A DNA stretch of 64,000 nt, from contig CAZPMT010000010.1 in assembly GCA_964587655.1 (NCBI GenBank), forward strand, positions 16,506 to 80,505, in the 5' to 3' direction. Each line of letters starts with the position of its first letter. The stretch's first letter is position 1. The position numbers and the translations under genes are program-made. Positions 15,984-26,051 of the stretch are shown piece after piece. Origin of the DNA: an uncultured Nitrospiraceae bacterium. Its GTDB lineage: Bacteria; Hydrogenedentota; Hydrogenedentia; Hydrogenedentales; SLHB01. The notes under the pieces are model-generated. The model did not search any database. It was not told the origin of the DNA and saw only the letters and a program-made list of their open reading frames with translations.

Positions 15984-18900
15984 GTGGGAAAATGGGAGTC
16001 GAACATGGAACAGGCTGAATCCTACAAGCCCCGGCATCACGTCCGTCTTGTGACGGCGACGTCGCTTTTTGACGGGCATGACGTGGCGATCAATATCATG
16101 CGCAGGATTCTCCAGGATTCGGGCGCGGAGGTCATTCATCTCGGCCACAACCGGAGCGTGTCGGAAATCGTGGACGCGGCAATTCAGGAAGACGCGCATG
16201 CCATTGCGGTGAGTTCATATCAGGGGGGGCACGTCGAGTTCTTCCGGTTCATGATGAGCCTGTTGAAAGAACGCGGGGCGGACAACATTCAGGTGTTCGG
16301 CGGCGGCGGCGGCGTGATCGTGCCGTCGGAAATCCGCGACATCGAGGCCATGGGCGTGACGAAGATCTTCTCGCCGGAAGACGGACGGAGCATGGGGTTG
16401 CAGGGGATGATCAACCACATGCTCGAATGCGTGGATCGCCCGCTGAACACGGACGGCCTCCCGGAACGCGCGCCTGAACTGAGTCCCTCGAACGGCGGGC
16501 TCGTTGCGCGCTACATCACCGGCATCGAGGAAGCGAAGTCCCAGCAGAACGGCCGTCTCACGGCCCTAATGCAACCGCTCATGAAGAAGATCTGCCGCAA
16601 TATCCCCATCTTCGGCGTGACGGGCACCGGCGGGGCGGGCAAGTCTTCGCTTGTCGATGAGCTTGTCACGCGCTTTCTGAACGATTTCAGCGACAAAGCG
16701 GTCGCGATCGTCTCCGTGGATCCCACGCGAAGGAAGTCGGGGGGCGCGCTGCTCGGAGACCGCATTCGGATGAATTGCCTGCGTCGAGATCGCGTCTATA
16801 TGCGTTCTCTGGCCACGCGCGACGCGAGCGTCGAGATATCGGACGCCCTCGCGGAATGTTTGACGGTGCTTCGCGCCGCGAACTTCGATTGGATCGTGGT
16901 CGAAACGGCCGGCATTGGGCAGGGCGACGCTGCAATCGTCCCGCATGTCGATGCGACTGTTTACGTGATGACGTCGGATTTCGGTTCTCCTTCGCAGTTG
17001 GAGAAGATCGACATGCTCGACCTCGCCGACTTCGTGGCGATCAACAAGTTCGATCATAAAGGTTCCGACGATGCCCTGCGCGACGTGCGCAGGCAGTATC
17101 AGCGGAACCACCGGCGCTTCGACGAGAATCTCGAGGATATGCCGGTCTACGGGACCATCGCGTCGAAGTTCAATGATGACGGGATCGCCGCACTCTATCA
17201 GGCCATCGCGCGCATCATGAACGAACGCACGCGATGCGGGTGGAATTCCTCGTACCCGCCTCTCAACAACAAAGTCCCCTCCTCCAAGGCTGTGATCATC
17301 CCGCCTGGGCGGGTCCGTTACCTTGCTGAGATCGCGGATAGCGTCGAGTCCTATCACAAGTCCGCGTCACGACAGGCGGAGATCGTCGAGCAAATCTGGC
17401 AACTGGACGGCGCCATGTCCTTGCTGACCGACAATCAAAGCGACGCCATGAAGCCGCTCCAGCATAGACGCGACCAGTTGGCCAATGAGATCTCAGCCGA
17501 CTGCCGGGCAATCCTAGAGCGTGCCCCCAAGATCCGCGAGCAATATGAACAGGACGAGATCGTATATACAGTTCGCGGAAAAGAGATCCACACCGTCCTG
17601 CATCGCCGGAGTCTGTCGGGCACCAAGATCCCTCGCGTCGCCCTGCCGAAATATCGCAATCCTGGCGACCTTCTCCGCTGGATCTATAAGGAGAACCTGC
17701 CGGGGCGGTTCCCCTTCACCGCCGGCGTCTTCCCCTTCAAGCGCGAAGATGAGGACCCCACGCGCATGTTCGCCGGCGAAGGCGACGCGGCGCGCACGAA
17801 CTACCGGTTCAAGTTTCTGTCGGCCAGTCACGATGCGAAACGGCTCTCGACGGCGTTCGACTCCGCGACGCTGTACGGTCGAGACCCGGACGAGCGACCC
17901 GATATATACGGCAAGATCGGCACGTCCGGGGTGTCGATATGCACACTCGACGATATGAGAGTGCTGTTCGACGGGTTTGACCTGTGCGGGGCCAGTACGA
18001 GCGTGTCGATGACGATCAATGGACCCGCTCCGATCATCCTGGCCATGTTCTTCAACGCGGCCATCGACCAGCAGCTAGTCCGGATCGAGCAGGAATACGG
18101 ACGGCCTCTCAGTCCCGACGAGACGGCGCGGTTCAAGGCTTGGACGCTCGAACGGGTCCGTGGGACGGTCCAAGCGGACATTCTCAAGGAGGACCAGGGA
18201 CAGAACACCTGTATTTTCGCGATTGATTTTGCGTTAAAGATGATGGGCGACATCCAGGAGTACTTCATCGAGCACCGGATCCGCAATTTCTACTCGGTGT
18301 CGATCTCCGGCTATCACATCGCTGAAGCGGGCGCGAATCCGATCTCGCAGCTTGCGTTCACGTTGGCGAACGGGTTCACGTACGTCGAGTATTACATCTC
18401 GCGGGGGATGGACATTGACGAATTTGCTCAGAATCTGTCCTTTTTCTTCTCGAACGGAATGGACCCGGAGTATTCGGTGTTGAACCGTGTCGCCCGGCGC
18501 ATCTGGGCGATTGCGATGCGCGACAAGTACGACGCGAACGAGCGCTCGCAGAAGCTCAAGGCGCACATTCAAACGAGCGGACGGTCGCTTCACTCGCACG
18601 AGATCCAGTTCAACGACATCCGCACGACGCTTCAGGCGTTGACGTCGATCTACGACAACTGCAATTCGCTCCACACGAACTCCTATGACGAGGGCATTAC
18701 GACGCCGAGCGAGGAATCGGCCCGGCGGGCGCTGGCGATTCAGCTCATCATCAACCGCGAATACGGCCTCACGATGAACGAGAACCCGCTGCAGGGATCG
18801 TTCCTTATGGAGGAGCTTACGGATCTCGTCGAGGAGGCGGTGCTTCATGAGTTTCGCCGGATCGCGGAACGCGACGGGGTGCTTGGCGCGATGGAGACGG

Positions 18901-19265
18901 GTTACCAGCGCGCGAAGATCCAAGAGGAATCGCTGTACTACGAGTCACGGAAGGTAAGCGGAGAACTCCCGATCATCGGCGTCAACACCTTCATCAACCC
19001 CCACGAAGACATCGATGCCGTCACCAGCAAGATGGAGTTGGCGCGATCCACCGACGAAGAAAAGCAGTCGCAACTCGCGCGCCTTCGCGACTTCCATACG
19101 CGGCACGCGCAAGAGGCCCCAGCAGCGTTAAAGCGACTGCAAGACGCCGCCTTGTCCGGCGGGAACGTCTTCGCCGAGCTCATGGAGACGGTGCGGTCTT
19201 GCTCACTGGGCCAGATTACGCAGGCGCTGTTTGAAGTCGGGGGCCAATACCGGCGAAACATGTAG
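15984..19265 (+). CDS. icmF: Fused isobutyryl-CoA mutase IcmF (B12-binding domain, MeaB-like G-protein, mutase TIM barrel)
   Basis: N-terminal B12 domain (FDGHDVAINIMRRIL). P-loop GTPase FGVTGTGGAGKSSL. C-terminal methylmalonyl-CoA-mutase-like substrate domain. 1093 aa and the domain order match IcmF. Confidence 0.9.
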   Translation: MGKWESNMEQAESYKPRHHVRLVTATSLFDGHDVAINIMRRILQDSGAEVIHLGHNRSVSEIVDAAIQEDAHAIAVSSYQGGHVEFFRFMMSLLKERGADNIQVFGGGGGVIVPSEIRDIEAMGVTKIFSPEDGRSMGLQGMINHMLECVDRPLNTDGLPERAPELSPSNGGLVARYITGIEEAKSQQNGRLTALMQPLMKKICRNIPIFGVTGTGGAGKSSLVDELVTRFLNDFSDKAVAIVSVDPTRRKSGGALLGDRIRMNCLRRDRVYMRSLATRDASVEISDALAECLTVLRAANFDWIVVETAGIGQGDAAIVPHVDATVYVMTSDFGSPSQLEKIDMLDLADFVAINKFDHKGSDDALRDVRRQYQRNHRRFDENLEDMPVYGTIASKFNDDGIAALYQAIARIMNERTRCGWNSSYPPLNNKVPSSKAVIIPPGRVRYLAEIADSVESYHKSASRQAEIVEQIWQLDGAMSLLTDNQSDAMKPLQHRRDQLANEISADCRAILERAPKIREQYEQDEIVYTVRGKEIHTVLHRRSLSGTKIPRVALPKYRNPGDLLRWIYKENLPGRFPFTAGVFPFKREDEDPTRMFAGEGDAARTNYRFKFLSASHDAKRLSTAFDSATLYGRDPDERPDIYGKIGTSGVSICTLDDMRVLFDGFDLCGASTSVSMTINGPAPIILAMFFNAAIDQQLVRIEQEYGRPLSPDETARFKAWTLERVRGTVQADILKEDQGQNTCIFAIDFALKMMGDIQEYFIEHRIRNFYSVSISGYHIAEAGANPISQLAFTLANGFTYVEYYISRGMDIDEFAQNLSFFFSNGMDPEYSVLNRVARRIWAIAMRDKYDANERSQKLKAHIQTSGRSLHSHEIQFNDIRTTLQALTSIYDNCNSLHTNSYDEGITTPSEESARRALAIQLIINREYGLTMNENPLQGSFLMEELTDLVEEAVLHEFRRIAERDGVLGAMETGYQRAKIQEESLYYESRKVSGELPIIGVNTFINPHEDIDAVTSKMELARSTDEEKQSQLARLRDFHTRHAQEAPAALKRLQDAALSGGNVFAELMETVRSCSLGQITQALFEVGGQYRRNM

Positions 19266-19294
19266 CATTCCCCGGAGCATTGAGGAGTACGTCC

Positions 19295-20356
19295 ATGGGC
19301 AAAGTTAGGATCGGATTTGTCGGTGTGGGAGGAATGGGACAGTGCGCGCATCTTCGGAACTATGCCACCTACGGCGAGTGCGAGGTCGTCGCCATAGCCG
19401 AGATTCGGAGGGAACTTCGCGAGAAGGTCGCCGCGAAGTACGGCGTTTCCAAGGTCTATCCGGAACACACGGCCATGTTGGCGGTCGAGAAGCTGGATGG
19501 AATCGTGGCGTCGCAGCCGTACAACCGTCACGGGGTCCTGCTTCCGGATCTGTTCGAGGCCGGCGTGCCGGTGCTGACGGAAAAGCCGTTGACGTGCTCA
19601 CTCGAAGCCGGCGAGAAGATCCTGGCGGCGTTGAACTCGAGCAAGGCGCGGCACATGGTGGGTTATCACAAGCGCAGCGATCCGGCCACCATGTACGCCA
19701 AGAAGGAAATCGACCGGCTTAAGGCGAGCGGCGAACTGGGCGCGATGAAGTACGTGCGGATCCTGATGCCCGCGGGAGACTGGGTGGCAAACGGGTTCAT
19801 CGATCTGCTTTCGTCCGATGACACGATGCCGCCGCTTCACCATGACCCGGCCCCGAGCGACATGGGTCCGGAAACGCGCAAGGAGTATGACGCGTTTGTG
19901 AATTATTACATCCATCAGGTGAATCTGATGCGGCATCTTATGGGAGAGAACTACAAAGTGTCATATGCGGATCCTTCAAAGGTGATGCTGGTCGTGCACG
20001 GTGAGAGCGGCGTGACGGGGGTGATCGAAATGTCGCCGTATTGCACGACGATCGACTGGCAAGAAGAGGCGCTGATCGCCTTCGAGAAGGGCTGGATCAA
20101 GATCGAGTTGCCTGCGCCGCTCGCAAGCAATCGTCCCGGAAACGTCGCCATATATCGCGACCCGGGCAACAACGCCACACCGGAGAAGATCGTGCCGCAG
20201 TTGCCGTGGGTACATGCGATGCGGCAGCAGGCCATCAACTTCGTCAACGCCATCAAAGGTGAAACTACGCCGCTGTGCGAGGCGGCGGAAGCGCTCGAAG
20301 ACTTGAAGATCGCCCGGAACTATATGGTTGCCTTGAAGGGTTCGCTCAAAGAGTAG
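19295..20356 (+). CDS. Gfo/Idh/MocA-family oxidoreductase
   Basis: GAGGAG SD, then ATG 19295. Rossmann IGFVGVGGMG. Family-typical EKP motif (LTEKPL). Confidence 0.8.
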   Translation: MGKVRIGFVGVGGMGQCAHLRNYATYGECEVVAIAEIRRELREKVAAKYGVSKVYPEHTAMLAVEKLDGIVASQPYNRHGVLLPDLFEAGVPVLTEKPLTCSLEAGEKILAALNSSKARHMVGYHKRSDPATMYAKKEIDRLKASGELGAMKYVRILMPAGDWVANGFIDLLSSDDTMPPLHHDPAPSDMGPETRKEYDAFVNYYIHQVNLMRHLMGENYKVSYADPSKVMLVVHGESGVTGVIEMSPYCTTIDWQEEALIAFEKGWIKIELPAPLASNRPGNVAIYRDPGNNATPEKIVPQLPWVHAMRQQAINFVNAIKGETTPLCEAAEALEDLKIARNYMVALKGSLKE

Positions 20357-20368
20357 CGAATTCAGTAA

Positions 20369-20461
20369 GGGCGGTTTTTCCAAAACCGCCCCACAGTTGC
20401 TGCAGCCGCGCGCGCGGACGTTTGTGGTGTTGGGTGGGGACGGTTTTGGAAAAACCGCCCC
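20369..20461. terminator. Pair of inverted GC-rich/T-tract hairpins (GGGCGGTTTTTCCAAAACCGCCC and GGGGACGGTTTTGGAAAAACCGCCCC)
   Basis: First hairpin has a 10-bp perfect stem. The second is an imperfect inverted copy 45 nt downstream. Located between the stop at 20356 and the next ATG at 20495. Confidence 0.4.
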
Positions 20462-20494
20462 TACTTTGCATGTACGTTTTGAGAAGGATACGCG

Positions 20495-23400
20495 ATGACG
20501 CGAATGATGCAGACGGTCTCGAAATGCTTGTGTTGCGTTGTTGCTCTATTGTTTTGGGCGGCCCCTGCACCGTTTGCTGCCGCTCAAGGACCTATAGCAA
20601 CGGCGGCGCTTTTCCGGGGAGGCCTTCCCGGCGAGGACCTGGGACTTGTAACGGCGTTGCGCGATGAGCTGCGGAGTCGCGGTTATAGTGCGATCGAGTT
20701 CGATGCAGGTGCTCTCTGCGATCCGGCGAAGCTTGCGACGTCCGATGTGGACGTCCTGGTCCTTCCTGATGCTGCGAATCTCCCCGCAGCCTCCGTTACG
20801 CCCATAACGAGGTATCTCGAATCCGGTGGCGATATCATCGCGCTCAATGCACCGCTGTGGCAGAGACTCTATATCAAGCCGGCGGGGGAATGGCAGACCG
20901 TCGACGAGTATGAACGGACGACGGCTGCCGAACCGCCCGAGCACGTGCTGTTCGACTTCGCCCCGGACGCCATCGCCAGTTGGCAGCGGGCCTATTTCCC
21001 TGCCGAAAGCACCGCCACCTATGAAACCGTGGACGAAAGCCCCGCGCCCGGGCGGCGTTCGCTCCACGCGAAGATCGACGACCTTCGCAACTGGGATAAC
21101 TTCGGTCCGGTGGAACTCGACAAGCCATTTCCGGAAGGACACACACTGACGGTGTTCGCGGCGAAAGGCGGGCCTGATACGCGCAGGCTCGCCATCGAGT
21201 GGCAGGAGACCGACGGGTCGAGATGGATTGCCACGGTAGCCCTCACGACGGAGTGGCGGCGCTATGTGTTGACGCCGGAGGACTTCAAATACTGGGAAAG
21301 CGTGCCCGCGCGCAGCGGCGACCGGTTTCACCCGGAGAATGCAAAGCGGATGAACATCGGCATGGCGTTCACGCACACGGGAACGACGCCTGGGCCGCAA
21401 GAGTTCTGGGTGAGCCGCTTCGGGACTTCCTCGATGAAACCGGATATGAAAGAGATCCTTTTCACGCCCGCGATCCCCTCGATGGACACGCTCGCGCCAG
21501 GATACAAGTTCTTCGAGTCGCATGGGGTCACGCAGCTTGCCACACGCGGCGAGCAGGCCGTCATTCCAGCGGCGACATTCGATGTTCCCGCGATATTGCG
21601 CTCGGCACAGCCGCGCCCCAGCGGGGGAGGGTTCGACAAAGGAAGGTCGTGGCGCTGGATCCCTCTGATCGAGGCAAAGGCGGACAGCGGACAATGGCGC
21701 GGTGCGCCGGCCACGCTCATGATCCACTCGCAGGACCGGTTCAAGGGATGTCAGTGGGCGGTTTTCGGTGCGGGCAACGCGGAATGGTATCGGTCCCCAG
21801 CCGTTCTAGGTTCCATTGGCGCCGTGGCAAGTAAGATGCTGTCCGGCGTTTACATCATCGATGGCGGGTCGGACTTCTATACTTACTTTGAGGACCAGCC
21901 CATGTTGCTCGGCGTTTCCGCGGCAAGCGTGGGACGCCTAGAGATGTCCGGCCTTCTTGCGAGGGTTAACGTTGTCAACGCGGATACCGGCGAATTTGCG
22001 TTCAGCAAAGAGTGGCCGCTGAGTCTCTACGCGGGCGAACAGAAGTCCGTGCAAGAGTCATGGCGCCCTGCCGCATGGCCGGCAAAGGGATTCCGCATTA
22101 CGGCGGAACTGCTGCACGACGGGAATGTGATAGATCGCGTGACGCACGAAGCGAATGTCTGGACGCCGAAAGAGAAAGAGTCGTATATCGAAATTCGCGA
22201 CGGCGACTTTATGCTCGATGGGAAACGCTGGCGGGCGAATGGCGTCAACTACATGCCCTCATCGGGCATCGGCACGGACGATGGAGAGTATTTCGAGCAG
22301 TGGCTCGGGGCGCGCTCTTACGATCCTGAGATCATCCAGCGCGATCTCGAGCATATCAAGGACCTTGGTCTCAATGCCGTAAGCATTTTCATCTACGAGA
22401 AATCGATCAAGGCGCAGAACTTGCTGGACTTCTTGCGCCGGCTTGATGCGCTCGGGTTGAAGGCGAACCTATCGCTGCGTCCGGGAACGATTGGGGATTT
22501 CCAGTGGCCCGGCATGCAGGCGGCCATCGAGTATTACCGGCTCTGGGAACATGACTGCATTTTCGCTTATGACCTCGATTGGGAGCCGATGTGGTTGACG
22601 CACAAGGAACGCATGAAGTGGGATCGTGCCTGGGAAACGTGGGTTGTTGAGCGATACGGGAGCGTCGATAGCGCGGAGCGTGACTGGGCTTTCGCCGCAC
22701 CCAAGGATCCCGCAGGCATTATCACAAATCCAGCGGATGAGCAACTTCAAGGGAATGGCGATTGGCGTGCGATGGTGGCGGCATATCGCCGATTCCTGGA
22801 CACGTTGCTTTATAAGGAGTACGGCGCGATGCGGGAACGCGTGCGCGCCGTCGATCCGCATCACTTCGTAAGCTTCCGCATGACCGAAGCGGGCGACCCG
22901 ACGATGAGCTGGGGCGGGGTGCTTCCGTATGATTATCCGTACCTCGCGGCGGCCGTTGACATCATCGAGCCGGAGGGCTACGGGCGCATCGGCGATTGGG
23001 AGAAGGTCAAGCCGGGCTGGTTCGAATACGAGTACGCGCGATGGGCCGCTCCGCAACATCCGCTCATGTGGGCCGAAGCGGGCGTGCACGCGTGGGACAT
23101 GGCCGCGGGGACGTTTACGCCGAAGCTGCTCGAGATCCAGGGCAAGTTCTATCGCGATTTCTATAGAATGCTGATCGGCAGTGGTGCCGACGGCATATTC
23201 TGGTGGTGGTATGCTGGCGGTTTCCGTTTTGGCGAGAATAGCGATTACGGTATCATCAATCCCGACGGAACGGATCGCGAGTGTTCAAGAGCCATTCGCG
23301 AGAACGGGCCGAAATTCATCAACGGCCCGGATGCGAAGCCCGTGGACACGTGGATCGAGATCGATCGCGACCTGTACCCGAACGGAGTGGTCGGAATATA

Positions 23401-23911
23401 CACGGCGGCAAAGGATGCCTTCTGGAAAGCAATTGATGAAGGCCGCACGCCGGGACTGAAAACGGCCGGAACCGGAACGGCGTCGTCCGATTGCCCGTTG
23501 GTTGCCGTGGGCAATGCGCAATGTAACGGCGCGAATCCGCCGAAGTATCTTGACGGCGTGTTCGATAAGGTCGAAGTTATGGATCGGAAGGGCCGTTGGG
23601 TGACCGTTGCAAAAGGCGACAGGGTCGAAGTGGCTGGCGATAAGCCCGTGCAGGCCCGATTGGCATTCACGAACCTCGGGGAAGCGAAGTGGATCCATGA
23701 AGGACCGGGCGCCGTGTACATAACGGTAACGTCAACGAAGATCGTGCGCGCGCCGTTGCCCAACCCGGTTCCGCATATGGGTTCGGCGCAAGTGCAAGAG
23801 CTTCGGTTGACCTCCGAGGTCCTCAAGGGATCCCAAGAGGTCACGATCAGCTTCGCAGCCGGAGATCGCACGCCCTTCGGCGAGAAGTTTAGGGTCGCGT
23901 TAATTCCGTAG
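20495..23911 (+). CDS. Large secreted multidomain protein, glycoside-hydrolase-like (GH42-type trimerisation-like N-domain plus cellulase-like TIM barrel)
   Basis: Signal peptide MTRMMQTVSKCLCCVVALLFWAAPAPFAAA. Central region GVNYMPS...NAVSIFIYE resembles a GH TIM barrel. Family assignment is uncertain. Confidence 0.5.
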   Translation: MTRMMQTVSKCLCCVVALLFWAAPAPFAAAQGPIATAALFRGGLPGEDLGLVTALRDELRSRGYSAIEFDAGALCDPAKLATSDVDVLVLPDAANLPAASVTPITRYLESGGDIIALNAPLWQRLYIKPAGEWQTVDEYERTTAAEPPEHVLFDFAPDAIASWQRAYFPAESTATYETVDESPAPGRRSLHAKIDDLRNWDNFGPVELDKPFPEGHTLTVFAAKGGPDTRRLAIEWQETDGSRWIATVALTTEWRRYVLTPEDFKYWESVPARSGDRFHPENAKRMNIGMAFTHTGTTPGPQEFWVSRFGTSSMKPDMKEILFTPAIPSMDTLAPGYKFFESHGVTQLATRGEQAVIPAATFDVPAILRSAQPRPSGGGFDKGRSWRWIPLIEAKADSGQWRGAPATLMIHSQDRFKGCQWAVFGAGNAEWYRSPAVLGSIGAVASKMLSGVYIIDGGSDFYTYFEDQPMLLGVSAASVGRLEMSGLLARVNVVNADTGEFAFSKEWPLSLYAGEQKSVQESWRPAAWPAKGFRITAELLHDGNVIDRVTHEANVWTPKEKESYIEIRDGDFMLDGKRWRANGVNYMPSSGIGTDDGEYFEQWLGARSYDPEIIQRDLEHIKDLGLNAVSIFIYEKSIKAQNLLDFLRRLDALGLKANLSLRPGTIGDFQWPGMQAAIEYYRLWEHDCIFAYDLDWEPMWLTHKERMKWDRAWETWVVERYGSVDSAERDWAFAAPKDPAGIITNPADEQLQGNGDWRAMVAAYRRFLDTLLYKEYGAMRERVRAVDPHHFVSFRMTEAGDPTMSWGGVLPYDYPYLAAAVDIIEPEGYGRIGDWEKVKPGWFEYEYARWAAPQHPLMWAEAGVHAWDMAAGTFTPKLLEIQGKFYRDFYRMLIGSGADGIFWWWYAGGFRFGENSDYGIINPDGTDRECSRAIRENGPKFINGPDAKPVDTWIEIDRDLYPNGVVGIYTAAKDAFWKAIDEGRTPGLKTAGTGTASSDCPLVAVGNAQCNGANPPKYLDGVFDKVEVMDRKGRWVTVAKGDRVEVAGDKPVQARLAFTNLGEAKWIHEGPGAVYITVTSTKIVRAPLPNPVPHMGSAQVQELRLTSEVLKGSQEVTISFAAGDRTPFGEKFRVALIP

Positions 23912-23955
23912 AGACTGTCATGGGTTAAGACCCATGCGACTAACGAGGTGCTCTT

Positions 23956-24837
23956 ATGGCAAAGGAAATCACGGTTCCGTTGCTCCGAACGTTCCTGCCG
24001 AAACGCCCCGTCGATGCGCACAAGGGGACTTTCGGTCATCTCTTCGTGATTGCGGGTTCTCGCGGTTTCACAGGCGCGGCCAAACTTGCCTGCGAAGGCG
24101 CGGGGCGTTCGGGCGTGGGACTTGTCACGGCCGGCGTGCCGAAGCCGTTGGGCGACTTCGTGGCCTCCTCGCTCACGGAAGCGATGAGTTTCATGTTGCC
24201 GTCCACGGATGCCGAGACACTTTCGCGAGCTGCGTTGGACCCTGCTTTGGAGTTTGCCGCAACAAAGGATGCCGTGGTGTTGGGGCCGGGCCTCTCGCAA
24301 CACCCCGATACGCAGTCGTTCGTGCTCGAGTTCGTGCGCCGATGCCCGATCCCTATGCTCATTGATGCTGACGGACTGAATGCGTTGAGCGCGAAGCCCG
24401 AGGCGTTGATGGAGCGTTCGGCGCCGTGCGTGATTACCCCGCATCCCGGCGAGATGAGCCGTCTGCTCGGAAGGAAGACCACGGAAATCCAGGCGGACCG
24501 CGAAGGCGCCGCACTCGAAGCCGCGCGGAGGTACGATTGCGCCGTGGCGCTGAAAGGAAATCGAACGATCATAACGGATGCCTCCGGCGACGTGTTCGTC
24601 AACCTGACTGGCAACAGTGGTCTCGCCAAAGGGGGAACCGGCGACGTGTTGGCCGGGCTTATCGGCGGGTTGATGGCCCAGTGCATGATTCCGTTCCAGG
24701 CGGCGTTGCTGGGCGTGTACCTGCACGGCCTGTCCGGCGACATCGCAGCGCGCGAAAAGACACAACGCGGGATGACCGCCGACGACGTGGCTCAGTGTCT
24801 TCCGGCGGCGTGGCGCGTCATCGAGTGGGAGGGATAG
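23956..24837 (+). CDS. nnrD: ADP-dependent NAD(P)H-hydrate dehydratase (YjeF C-terminal family)
   Basis: GHLFVIAGSRGFTGAAKLA and GNSGLAKGGTGDVLAG motifs. Confidence 0.85.
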   Translation: MAKEITVPLLRTFLPKRPVDAHKGTFGHLFVIAGSRGFTGAAKLACEGAGRSGVGLVTAGVPKPLGDFVASSLTEAMSFMLPSTDAETLSRAALDPALEFAATKDAVVLGPGLSQHPDTQSFVLEFVRRCPIPMLIDADGLNALSAKPEALMERSAPCVITPHPGEMSRLLGRKTTEIQADREGAALEAARRYDCAVALKGNRTIITDASGDVFVNLTGNSGLAKGGTGDVLAGLIGGLMAQCMIPFQAALLGVYLHGLSGDIAAREKTQRGMTADDVAQCLPAAWRVIEWEG

Positions 24838-24840
24838 GGA

Positions 24841-25815
24841 ATGGAGACCGTCGGATCGATAGGCGAGTTCGGGTTGATCGCGCGCATCGCCCGGCTCGTG
24901 CCGTCTGCTCCGTCGGTGATCGAGGGCATTGGCGATGACTGCGCCGTCGTGCGGCTCGGCAGTCGCGTCATGCTGGTCTCATGCGACCTCTCGATAGAGA
25001 ACGTCCATTGGCGCCGGTCCCACGCCCCGGCGGAGAGCATCGGTTGGAAGGCGGCCGCCTCCGCATTGAGCGACATCGCGGCGATGGGCGGAAAGCCGCT
25101 CTTCTGCCTCGTGTCGCTTGCTTGTCCCGCCGACACGGAAGTTTCATTTATCGAGGGCATGTATGATGGCATGCTTGATGCGGTCGCGCAATGCGGCGCG
25201 TCCATCGTCGGCGGCGATACGACCCGTTCGACCGAAGGCATCGTCGTAGATGTCACGGTCATTGGTGAGCCCGTCGGGCGTTACGTGACGCGGAGAGGGG
25301 CGCTGCCAGGCGACATGCTGGCCGTGACGGGCCGCCTCGGTCTGGCCGCAGCCGGACTCGATGCCATCGAGACCGGGACCGCGGCGCCGGAACTTGTCCG
25401 CGCGCTTTATCATCCCACGCCGAGGTTCCCGGAAAGCCAGTGGCTCAGCGACTGTCCCGATGTGCATGCGATGATAGATATCAGCGACGGGCTGCTACAG
25501 GACGCCGGACATCTGGCCGAGGCGGCGCGACTGGGCGTCGACATCGACCCGGCGCTGCTGCCCGTCGCGCCCGAGTTGGCGGCACACTGCGCCGGGCGTG
25601 GCGTAAACGCGTATGACTTAATTCTTTCCGGCGGCGAGGACTACGAACTCGCGTTCGCCGTGGCAGCCGAACGCGCCGGCGAGATCGTCCTCGCCTTCCG
25701 CCGCCAGTTCCACACCGGCGTAAACGTCGTGGGGACCTTCACGGACGCCTGGCGCGACGTTCGCGTCGCCGGCGCGATCCCCGGCGCGCGGGGGTTTGAC
25801 CACTTTAGCCGGTAG
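24841..25815 (+). CDS. thiL: Thiamine-monophosphate kinase
   Basis: EFGLIARI, GDDCAVV and AIR-synthase-related fold motifs. 4-nt gap after nnrD. Confidence 0.85.
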   Translation: METVGSIGEFGLIARIARLVPSAPSVIEGIGDDCAVVRLGSRVMLVSCDLSIENVHWRRSHAPAESIGWKAAASALSDIAAMGGKPLFCLVSLACPADTEVSFIEGMYDGMLDAVAQCGASIVGGDTTRSTEGIVVDVTVIGEPVGRYVTRRGALPGDMLAVTGRLGLAAAGLDAIETGTAAPELVRALYHPTPRFPESQWLSDCPDVHAMIDISDGLLQDAGHLAEAARLGVDIDPALLPVAPELAAHCAGRGVNAYDLILSGGEDYELAFAVAAERAGEIVLAFRRQFHTGVNVVGTFTDAWRDVRVAGAIPGARGFDHFSR

Positions 25816-25886
25816 GGTCGCGGTCCTTGGCGGCCGGACGGTCGAGCGGAAGCTCGACCCTGTCGATTCGTTCAGCGGATCAACTT

Positions 25887-25916
25887 TTGACTCCGGTTCC
25901 GTACGTGTGCTATTCT
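25887..25916 (+). promoter_or_regulatory. Putative sigma70-type promoter (TTGACT-18-TATTCT) for nadX
   Basis: Sequence match only. Followed by a ~130-nt leader containing the perfect palindrome TCCGAAATCATTTCGGA (25989-26005) and a T-run (26025-26030). Confidence 0.3.
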
Positions 25917-26051
25917 CTGTGTTGTTTTCAGATAGTGTGCGCGTCTTAGCACAACCTGTGTGAAGCTTCGGTTTTCTGTATGGTGGATCCGAAATCATTT
26001 CGGACCTACACGGGGGCTGTGAGCTTTTTTCTTGTTGGTTTGGAGTTGACA

